A program made the position numbers and the translations under genes. The notes under the pieces were generated by a model. That model did no database searches, had not been told where the DNA came from, and worked only from the letters and a program-made list of their open reading frames with translations. Positions 56,415 through 64,000 of a DNA stretch of 64,000 bases are shown here, piece by piece; position 1 is the first letter of the stretch; every line of letters begins with the position of its first letter. This DNA is from an uncultured virus (IMG/VR IMGVR_UViG_3300032116_000017). Its lineage: Duplodnaviria > Heunggongvirae > Uroviricota > Caudoviricetes. The stretch is from IMG/VR virus record IMGVR_UViG_3300032116_000017; one strand, 5' to 3'.

Positions 56415-58109
56415 TCAAGAGTTTAGATAATCCACAGCTTGGGTATATCTAATTAGTAAATTTTGATCTTCCGCCAAAGATAAGTCATCATAAGCAAAAA
56501 TTGATGCCGTTGCAAAGCCAGTTAATGATGTTAAATCTACTTTATGTACTTCAAGATATGTTTTTCTTGCTCCTATAATTTTAGCAAATTGTCGATTTAA
56601 CAATAAATATTTTGCATCAGGTGTAAATATTTCTCTTTCAATGATTTTTCCTAAATAAGTGTTCCTGTTTGTGTCAATTTTGTAATTTAGTATTTGATTT
56701 TTACCTTTATAGTAATTAACTCTGTAGTAATAATTACTTGATTTACTTAGATTAGTTAATAAAACAGAGGCGGTAGTTCCATAAATTTGTTTTCCTAATT
56801 TATACTTTTGTTCTATAGTACTGAATGTGCTACTTTTCGAAAGTTCAAATTCGTATCCATTTTCATTATTTACAGACATTGGTCCTGTATTGATAGTTGG
56901 CCAATATGCAGTTCCAAATGAATCTGAGGATATGACCTCACCGGATTGAGTTTGACCATATAATGTTCTTACTCTGTAGTAATAAGTTCCGGTAGAAAGT
57001 CCAGATATTGAATACGTATTCGAAACACTACTAGTAATATATGGTAAAGTATTCGACAATGTACCTAAAGTCAAACTGTAATTAGGTAATAAAGATGAGA
57101 ATGAACTAAATGTTGATATATCAAAAGAATATGCATCAGCTGAATTATTTGTCGGCCATGTAAAACTAGCAGTACTGCCACTAGCTGATAATATCAACTG
57201 ATTAGTAAAAGTAGTTAAAGTATATCTTGAAGTATAATAATAAGTAGTATTTGGTGATAAATCAAATACAACAAGAGAAGCGGTATTTCCAGAAACATTA
57301 TAAGATGGTGGATTTGAACCTGTTCCTAACTTTATGGAATTATAACTAGATAATTTTGTTTCAAAAGAACTTGATGTTGATATGTTTAATATGTATCCAG
57401 TTGTTACCGGGTCTGTATTCCAAACTATTGACGCGGTTGGATTAGAAGACATAAAAGAAGCCGAGTAAGTAAAATTCTTTAAAATATTTTCTCTTTCTTC
57501 TGTGTAAATCCACCATTGTTTAGTCAAATCTAAATTTATTTGAGTTTGAATCTCACTAAATGTTCCAACTAAGAAATTCATATATTCTACCGCGTTTGAT
57601 GGTACAAAAGTGTCATTATCATCAACCCATTCAGATAGATAAAGTTTAAAAGAGTATAGATTATCTCTAATGATATTCATATTAACGGAATAATCTTCTT
57701 CTTTTGTTAGTATAAAGGAACTAGTGAGCGAGGTAATAGAAAAAGTTGTCGATAATGGATCAGATAGAGATAAATTTATATTATTTATATTTAGTGAGTA
57801 AATATCGACCGATGTTTGATAAACTTTCTTCTTATCATACATCAGTTTTAACTTCTTCAAAAAAGGTGTATTAGTTTCAAAACAAATCTGTTCCCAAGTA
57901 GTTCTTTTAATCTCAGCCAAATTTGTTACCTCATCAATATTAATTTTGTAATAGTAATACAAACATTGTTGAAAAGCTTGAAAATCTCCTTTATTGACTA
58001 ATTCGTCAATATACTTATAATATTCTGAAATATTATCTTTGCCCTTAGATGCTAATTTATCAAGGCTATTTTGAATTTTTGCTAATTTTCTTTGATAGAG
58101 ATTTGCCAT
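56415..58109 (-). CDS. FN3-like repeat protein (putative structural/late)
   Basis: Three LS..T/S.YYY(R) beta-sandwich units; TAATATATA 6 nt upstream. Confidence 0.6.
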   Translation of the reverse strand: MANLYQRKLAKIQNSLDKLASKGKDNISEYYKYIDELVNKGDFQAFQQCLYYYYKINIDEVTNLAEIKRTTWEQICFETNTPFLKKLKLMYDKKKVYQTSVDIYSLNINNINLSLSDPLSTTFSITSLTSSFILTKEEDYSVNMNIIRDNLYSFKLYLSEWVDDNDTFVPSNAVEYMNFLVGTFSEIQTQINLDLTKQWWIYTEERENILKNFTYSASFMSSNPTASIVWNTDPVTTGYILNISTSSSFETKLSSYNSIKLGTGSNPPSYNVSGNTASLVVFDLSPNTTYYYTSRYTLTTFTNQLILSASGSTASFTWPTNNSADAYSFDISTFSSFSSLLPNYSLTLGTLSNTLPYITSSVSNTYSISGLSTGTYYYRVRTLYGQTQSGEVISSDSFGTAYWPTINTGPMSVNNENGYEFELSKSSTFSTIEQKYKLGKQIYGTTASVLLTNLSKSSNYYYRVNYYKGKNQILNYKIDTNRNTYLGKIIEREIFTPDAKYLLLNRQFAKIIGARKTYLEVHKVDLTSLTGFATASIFAYDDLSLAEDQNLLIRYTQAVDYLNS

Positions 58110-58142
58110 ATAATTTATATATTAAAAATCTCAATCTATAAG

Positions 58143-59273
58143 TTATTGCTCTTCTCCTCCACCTAATTGTTTTTCAATTTCAGCGATTTTATCTTTATTA
58201 ACATCAGGATCTTTGTAAAGGTCAGCTATATCACTTAGTTTTTTGATTGCTTCAGGATTCTTAGTTTTTACATCTTTAAGTGTATTTACTAAGTCTTCTT
58301 GTCCTTCTGCTTTTGCTTCTACTTTTCCTAATAAATCCTCAGTTTTCTTTTTAAAATCTGCATCTTCAAAGGAAACAACATCACCGTTAATATCCTTGAC
58401 TTTTTTAATACCTATCATTTCTTTATCTTGAAGATCTTTCATAGGTCCTTCATTAGGTTTTTTCTTATCCTCATCAGTTATTTTTTTCCATTCATCTTCA
58501 TTGAATTTATCTCTTTTATAGATAACTGTATCACCAGCTTTGTAACCTCCTTCTGGTCCAGCTTCCGGAACTTCTTTTCCTAATGACTCAACGTATTTAT
58601 CAACGTCTTCGTCTTTAATTTCGGATAAATATTTATCAAGTCTCGGAACTAAAATTTTATTTACCCAATCAATAGATAATTGTTTCATCTTTTTAGTATC
58701 TTTTCCAGCTGGTAGAATTGCCTTTTTAAATTCCGGAAGGTGAGTTTGATCTTTCATATCAACAACAATCTTTTTGTCATCTACCTTAGCGTCTGTTCCA
58801 ACTTTTAAATCAGGTCCACCCGCATATTTATAATCTTTAATAGCTCTATTTCTTATTGTTTCCATATAGAATTTAACTATATCGACTGTCGGTGTATCTT
58901 TACCAAAAGATTTCAAAAGTCCATCATAAAGAGTTTGAAGACCTTGTTTTCCAAGTGCTCCCAATTGAGGATCGAGTATGTTTTTAATCAGATCTAAACA
59001 TGCTTGTTCATTAATATCTGTATCTTTTTTCTTTATAAATTCGTCCATTACTCCTTTAAGTAAGTAACTATCATCTTGTGGATTCAATGGATTTTTATCA
59101 ATCCATGCTTCAATTTCTTCAGGTGCTGGGTTTTCTCCTAATTTTTTAATTTCCTCTACGGCTTTATTCCACATATTTTTGAAAAAATTCAAAACACCAG
59201 ATAGGAGTTCTTCATTTACTGATTTTAGGTTTCTATCTTTTTTAAATGACTCAAATTTCTTAATATAGCTCAT
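58143..59273 (-). CDS. Leader-tagged K/D/E-rich protein (putative virion-internal)
   Basis: MSYIKKFESF...SVNEELL; TAATATATA upstream. Confidence 0.7.
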   Translation of the reverse strand: MSYIKKFESFKKDRNLKSVNEELLSGVLNFFKNMWNKAVEEIKKLGENPAPEEIEAWIDKNPLNPQDDSYLLKGVMDEFIKKKDTDINEQACLDLIKNILDPQLGALGKQGLQTLYDGLLKSFGKDTPTVDIVKFYMETIRNRAIKDYKYAGGPDLKVGTDAKVDDKKIVVDMKDQTHLPEFKKAILPAGKDTKKMKQLSIDWVNKILVPRLDKYLSEIKDEDVDKYVESLGKEVPEAGPEGGYKAGDTVIYKRDKFNEDEWKKITDEDKKKPNEGPMKDLQDKEMIGIKKVKDINGDVVSFEDADFKKKTEDLLGKVEAKAEGQEDLVNTLKDVKTKNPEAIKKLSDIADLYKDPDVNKDKIAEIEKQLGGGEEQ

Positions 59274-59332
59274 TACATAATATTATTTTTACAAACTATA
59301 TATTATTTTTTTTATATAAAAAATAAAAAATT

Positions 59333-59788
59333 ATGAACTATTTATCAAAAGTATCAGAGTTTCATAAAACCTTTGACGCTCCAATATTAGAAAGTCCTCA
59401 AATTCCATCTGATGAAAGATGTCAATTAAGAGTTTCACTACTTCAAGAAGAATTAAATGAATTAAAACAAGCTATTGATGATAATGATATTGTTGAAATC
59501 GCAGATGCTCTCTGTGATTTACAATATGTCCTTTCTGGTGCAATCTTAGAATTTGGTTTAGGTGAAAAGTTTGATGAACTTTTTGATGAAGTACAAAGGA
59601 GTAATATGTCTAAGGCTTGTAGTTCAATACAAGAAGCAATCGAAACAATATCACACTATAAAAAGAAAGATAGTACTGAATCATCATATAAAATGATTGG
59701 TGAAAAATGTGTAGTGTATAGAGACTCTGATAACAAGGTGTTGAAATCTATAAACTATTCACCTGCTGATTTAAAAAATAAAATTTAA
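59333..59788 (+). CDS. MazG-like / PRA-PH nucleoside triphosphate pyrophosphohydrolase
   Basis: EFHKTF, LQEELNEL, EIADALCDLQYV, EVQRSNMSK, KVLKS. Confidence 0.88.
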   Translation: MNYLSKVSEFHKTFDAPILESPQIPSDERCQLRVSLLQEELNELKQAIDDNDIVEIADALCDLQYVLSGAILEFGLGEKFDELFDEVQRSNMSKACSSIQEAIETISHYKKKDSTESSYKMIGEKCVVYRDSDNKVLKSINYSPADLKNKI

Positions 59789-59790
59789 GA

Positions 59791-60636
59791 ATGGAAAATT
59801 TAGGAATTATAGGACAGGGTTTTGTCGGAGGTGCAGTTTATCAAGGAATGAAAAACTTCTTCAATGTTTATACTTTTGATATAAATGGAAATTGTACAGA
59901 GTCATCACTTTTTAATTTAATCGAAAAAGTTGATATGACATTTTTATGTTTACCAACACCAATGAGAAAAACAGGAGAATGTGATTTATCAATTGTTAAA
60001 AATTGTCTCTCTCAAATAGATTTGATTGTTAAATCATTAGATAAAAAAGATTTTATTGTTATTATAAAATCAACAATTCCACCGGGAACAACAGAAATGT
60101 TAAATAAAGAAAACGAAAATATACATATCGTTTTCAATCCAGAATTTTTAACAGAAGCCAATGCTGTTGAAGATTATAAAAATCAAAATAGAATTATTGT
60201 CGGAGGTGACAGACCTTATTCATCAAAAGTTAAAAATATTTTTGAAAAGGCTTTCCCAAAAGTTCCTATTGTAAAGACTTCCTCAACAATTGCAGAAATG
60301 ATTAAATATGTTACAAATACTTTTTTAGCAACTAAAGTTTCATTTGCTAATGAAATGTATCAAATATGTGAGGGGTTGAATATTGATTATGATAAAGTGA
60401 TTGAATACGCTCGTTATGATGATAGATTGGGTAATTCTCATTGGTCGGTTCCTGGACCGGATGGCGACCTGGGATACGGTGGTCATTGTTTTCCAAAAGA
60501 TGTAGCAGCTCTAAAATATGTCGGTGACTCAATGAATGTTTCAACGACAATGTTATGTGCAACTATGGACAAAAATAAAGAAGTTAGAACAGACAAAGAT
60601 TGGGAAAGCCAAATAGGAAGAGCAGTTTCAGAATAA
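59791..60636 (+). CDS. UDP-glucose/GDP-mannose dehydrogenase family (no C-terminal domain)
   Basis: GIIGQGFVG, CLPTP, KSTIPPG, NPEFL, GYGGHCFPKD. Confidence 0.88.
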   Translation: MENLGIIGQGFVGGAVYQGMKNFFNVYTFDINGNCTESSLFNLIEKVDMTFLCLPTPMRKTGECDLSIVKNCLSQIDLIVKSLDKKDFIVIIKSTIPPGTTEMLNKENENIHIVFNPEFLTEANAVEDYKNQNRIIVGGDRPYSSKVKNIFEKAFPKVPIVKTSSTIAEMIKYVTNTFLATKVSFANEMYQICEGLNIDYDKVIEYARYDDRLGNSHWSVPGPDGDLGYGGHCFPKDVAALKYVGDSMNVSTTMLCATMDKNKEVRTDKDWESQIGRAVSE

Positions 60637-60639
60637 AAT

Positions 60640-60888
60640 ATGAATCCTGATATGTCGGATATTCTTATGATGAACTCTAAGTTCTATGGTGATTATTACT
60701 GTAAGAAAGTAAAAGATTTTTTTGATGACGGTCAAATAGTAACTGTTTATTCACACTACTCATATAGACTTTTTACAATAGGAAAAAATAAAAGAATATT
60801 CAGAATTCATCATACAGATTTTGGAACTACACTTTTTACAAAAGAAGAATGGAGAAATAAAAAAATTAATAGAGTTTTAAAAAAATAA
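60640..60888 (+). CDS. Small hypothetical protein with C-terminal tag
   Basis: Ends WRNKKINRVLKK. Confidence 0.7.
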   Translation: MNPDMSDILMMNSKFYGDYYCKKVKDFFDDGQIVTVYSHYSYRLFTIGKNKRIFRIHHTDFGTTLFTKEEWRNKKINRVLKK

Positions 60889-60904
60889 TTTCTATATTTG
60901 CCAT

Positions 60905-61261
60905 ATGTTATCGAATAAAGAAAAGAAACGAAGACAACACGAGAAAGAACTGAAGTCACTTAGAAATAAGATGAGTAAAAACATCATATGGTTTGACGCT
61001 CTCAATACCACTCAACAATATGACCTTCTTTTTGCTTGGAAGAGAGAGAAAAAATCAAACACACGAACTAAACCTCAAAAGAAAACAATTATAAGAAAAG
61101 TGGGTGGATTCTTGAATGGTAGATATCAGACTATGAGAAAAGAAATCGAAATAGTGTCTTATCCACCAAACTTTAAACATTTTCTTAAAAATATGAAACC
61201 AAAATTCAGCGTAAGTGTCTCAAAAATGAGACAGGCTCAATTAAAACATCTATTGAAATAA
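60905..61261 (+). CDS. Basic hypothetical protein with C-terminal tag variant
   Basis: Ends MRQAQLKHLLK; TATATTTG 4 nt upstream. Confidence 0.7.
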   Translation: MLSNKEKKRRQHEKELKSLRNKMSKNIIWFDALNTTQQYDLLFAWKREKKSNTRTKPQKKTIIRKVGGFLNGRYQTMRKEIEIVSYPPNFKHFLKNMKPKFSVSVSKMRQAQLKHLLK

Positions 61262-61276
61262 ATTAAATAATAATAT

Positions 61277-62263
61277 ATGAAAATTTTTAGCGGAACCGGA
61301 AGTCAGCAATTGACTAAAGAAATTTGTAAAGTCTTAAAAGAAAGAGGTAGTGATATATCACCTGGTAGATTGAAAATTGATAAGTTTTTAGACGGTGAAA
61401 TACTACCGTTATTTGAAGAGTCAGTTAGAGACCAAGATGTCTTTTTTGTTCAAACAACAAATAGCTCTGATAACATAATGGAAACACTCTTAGTTATCGA
61501 TGCTGCAAAAAGAGCCGGTTGTAAATCATTTACACTTGTTGCTCCATTCCACGGATACTCTCGTCAGGATAAAACAGACCACCTCCGTTCATCAATTGGT
61601 TCTAAAATGTTAGCTGATGTCTTAACAACAGCTGGTATGAACCGAATTATTACAATCGACTTACATGCCTCTGCTATTCAAGGATTTTATAATGTTCCTG
61701 TTATTCACTTAAATGGGAATAAAATATTTATTGACTACATTAAAGAGAACGAAATAGAAGATTTAACAATTGTTGCTCCAGACCAAGGAGCTGTTAAAAG
61801 AGCTTCTGACTTTTGTAAAGCATTTCCAGAAGCAACATTCGCAATGATTAATAAGAAAAGAATTAAACCAAATGAAATTCATTCAATGGAGTTAGTTGGT
61901 GAAGTTACTGGTCGTAATGTTGTTATTGTAGATGATATGGCTGATACATTAGGAACAATGTGTAAAGCAGCTGAGTTGCTTATTGAGAAGGGTGCTAATT
62001 CTGTAAGATGTATTGCGACTCATGGTATTCTAAGTGGTAAAGCAATTGAAAACCTTTACAACTCTAAGATTACTGAGTTATTAGTATCTGATACAATCTC
62101 ATTTATTGGTGATAAAGATGCTTCTCGTAATGAAGGTAGAGGTATTTATCAAGGTCCTCCAACTAATTCAAAAATGAGAGTGATTAGTTGTGCAAAAATT
62201 ATTGGTAAATCAATCTGGTCTCTCTCTCAGCGTCAATCAATACACGAAATTAATATGATATAA
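61277..62263 (+). CDS. prs: Ribose-phosphate pyrophosphokinase
   Basis: F.DGE, YSRQDK, DLHA..IQGFY, VAPDQGA, VDDMADT.GT, THG. Confidence 0.95.
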   Translation: MKIFSGTGSQQLTKEICKVLKERGSDISPGRLKIDKFLDGEILPLFEESVRDQDVFFVQTTNSSDNIMETLLVIDAAKRAGCKSFTLVAPFHGYSRQDKTDHLRSSIGSKMLADVLTTAGMNRIITIDLHASAIQGFYNVPVIHLNGNKIFIDYIKENEIEDLTIVAPDQGAVKRASDFCKAFPEATFAMINKKRIKPNEIHSMELVGEVTGRNVVIVDDMADTLGTMCKAAELLIEKGANSVRCIATHGILSGKAIENLYNSKITELLVSDTISFIGDKDASRNEGRGIYQGPPTNSKMRVISCAKIIGKSIWSLSQRQSIHEINMI

Positions 62264-62628
62264 TGAAAAAGATTTTACTATGTGACATAGACGGAACTAT
62301 ATGTGATGATATCAAAAATGAGGAATCACATCTTTATGCAACTGCAGAAGTGTATGAAGGATCCAGAGAACAATTAAATCAATGGTATGATGAAGGACAT
62401 CATATTACATTCTTTACAGCTCGTGAAGAAAAAGATAGAGAAGTGACCGTAAAATGGTTAGATTATAATGGGTTTAAATATCACGGTCTTATTATGAATA
62501 AACCAAGATGTTTAAATGATGAAGATGTTTATTGTTGGATAGACAATAGAAAAGTTATGGGTGTTACTTATAAAGGGGTCTGGGGACCACTTGTTGAAAG
62601 AGTAACAACAATAAAAACGATGGAATAA
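62263..62628 (+). CDS. Small HAD-superfamily phosphatase
   Basis: LCDIDGTI, FTAR, KPR, WIDN. Confidence 0.75.
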   Translation: MKKILLCDIDGTICDDIKNEESHLYATAEVYEGSREQLNQWYDEGHHITFFTAREEKDREVTVKWLDYNGFKYHGLIMNKPRCLNDEDVYCWIDNRKVMGVTYKGVWGPLVERVTTIKTME

Positions 62629-62723
62629 TATGGTAGTGTATTTAGTTGGTGGGATAGCAATAGGAATTATGATTGCACCTACAGTTAATCAAATGATTAA
62701 AGATTACGTTAATAGAAAATAAT

Positions 62724-63368
62724 ATGAGTTATCTTAATGAACTTAAAGCTTATCTAAGAGATATAAATTTGGAAATTCTAATGGAAAGTCCAGATGTTAA
62801 AATTGATATATCTAAAAGATATTATAATAAATTTAGACTTTTTTACCCAAGTCGTAGGCTTATCAAATACACCACCAATATTGGTGGTGTATTGGTTGGA
62901 TCAAGAGCAATTCGTTGCTTTACAATAAATGATAAACCAATTCTTGAAAGAAGAGTAAATGATTGGGACTTTATTGTAACACTTGATATGGCTTTTAAGA
63001 TCTGTGATGATATGGGAATAGAAGAGATTCCAAAAATCGGTGGTGTTATAAGTATTAAGAATCAAAGAAGATGGGCTCATCCATCTTATCAAGATGCTTA
63101 TAGAGTTGGTCCAGTTGATGTTCAGTTAATTGTAGAGGAAGAACTACCGGATTATACGGAAGTTGATGGTGTTAGAATTGCTAACTTTGGTTATTCAATT
63201 TCTCAAAAGATTGGTCTAACTTCTGAATTACAAAGTAAATTGGGTGATCGAAACAAATACAAAAGCCTATCTTCTCGTTATGATAGTATAGATGAACAAT
63301 ATCATAAACACATAGATGATTTAAAAGAAATAATTATAAAATATAATAGTATCAAATGCAAACTTTAG
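62724..63368 (+). CDS. Nucleotidyltransferase-like protein
   Basis: VGSRA...DWDF (GS + DxD) motif; KH..D near C-terminus. Confidence 0.55.
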   Translation: MSYLNELKAYLRDINLEILMESPDVKIDISKRYYNKFRLFYPSRRLIKYTTNIGGVLVGSRAIRCFTINDKPILERRVNDWDFIVTLDMAFKICDDMGIEEIPKIGGVISIKNQRRWAHPSYQDAYRVGPVDVQLIVEEELPDYTEVDGVRIANFGYSISQKIGLTSELQSKLGDRNKYKSLSSRYDSIDEQYHKHIDDLKEIIIKYNSIKCKL

Positions 63369-64000
63369 CAAACATTTTAGATGGAAGAATCGTATCAGGT
63401 CAAATTTTATCCAATATCAAAGATAAAATCGAAGGTCACATAGAAAAAAGCCAATCAAGATTAGGATATCAAATTTCAAAACCATCTATGGCGATAGTTC
63501 TTGTTGGAAATAATCCAGCATCTGAGTCTTATGTCAATGGAAAAACAAAAGCTTGTGAAAAAGCTGGAATAAACTATAGTGTTATTAGATTTCCAGAAAA
63601 AATAACCTCATTTGATCTTTTAGAAGAAGTAAAAAGATTAAATAAGTCTTCTTATGATGGATTTATTGTTCAACTTCCATTACCAGAACACATTAAGTCG
63701 GATTCTATTATAAACGAGATAAGTGCATATAAAGACATTGATGGATTTCATCCTCTTAACTTTGGTAAAATGTCACTTGGTCAGAAGTCAATGAGACCAG
63801 CAACTGCTTATGGTATATTAAAACTAATCGAATGGTATGAAATTGACACTAAAGGAAAACATGTCGTAGTTATTGGTCGCTCTAATATTGTCGGGAAACC
63901 TATTTCTATTATGTTAGGTAACGACTTTAACATTGGAAGAGCTACCGTTACATCTTGTGATATAAACACTCCTAAAGAACTCCTAATTGAAGAAACTAAG
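63356..64000 (+). CDS. folD: Bifunctional methylene-THF dehydrogenase/cyclohydrolase (3'-truncated by window)
   Basis: Manual translation: ILDG, VLVGNNPASESYV..K.KAC, GFIVQLPLP.H, KDIDGFHP.N, GRSNIVGKP; not in ORF track. Confidence 0.92.
   Translation, partial: MQTLANILDGRIVSGQILSNIKDKIEGHIEKSQSRLGYQISKPSMAIVLVGNNPASESYVNGKTKACEKAGINYSVIRFPEKITSFDLLEEVKRLNKSSYDGFIVQLPLPEHIKSDSIINEISAYKDIDGFHPLNFGKMSLGQKSMRPATAYGILKLIEWYEIDTKGKHVVVIGRSNIVGKPISIMLGNDFNIGRATVTSCDINTPKELLIEETK

Noticed and set aside
1..64000. Stop-codon reassignment as in some large Bacteroidota phages
   Set aside because: Standard-code ORFs tile the window densely, recognisable enzymes are full length, and TAA, TGA and TAG all occur at sensible gene ends.
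1..64000. Ordinary bacterial chromosome
   Set aside because: No housekeeping operons; host-like genes are isolated among many short unknown ORFs with phage-like promoter organisation. It is not formally excluded because no capsid or terminase gene is in the window.
1..64000. CRISPR array, transposase, integrase, reverse transcriptase or self-splicing intron
   Set aside because: No regularly spaced repeats or diagnostic motifs were seen, and intergenic gaps are mostly too short.

Overview
AT-rich, densely coding 64-kb segment, best explained as part of a large dsDNA (jumbo-type) phage of a Bacteroidota host. It has many short unknown ORFs, a tail-collar gene, three DNA methyltransferases, a sigma factor, two tRNAs and scattered auxiliary metabolic genes (prs, folD, UDP-glucose dehydrogenase, QueF-like). 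It also carries about 20 Bacteroidota-type TAnnTTTG promoters and several T9SS/TonB cargo genes. No capsid, terminase or portal gene is visible, so the phage call is an inference. The main unexplained structure is two short peptide tags that track two promoter classes. (1) About 17 otherwise unrelated + strand proteins, mostly in units fed by host-type promoters, end in R-x-x-[KR]-[IL]-x-x-[IL]-[LI]. (2) About 11 proteins in units fed by a TAATATATA (T4-late-like) motif begin with a M-K-x-[IL]-K-x-F-x-E leader resembling the T4 capsid-targeting sequence. The leader sits on a CCA-adding enzyme (next to a 2H phosphoesterase), a class III adenylate cyclase, a P-loop kinase and a nuclease-like protein, which suggests an injected tRNA-repair/signalling payload. 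All family assignments come from motif recognition by eye, not from database searches.
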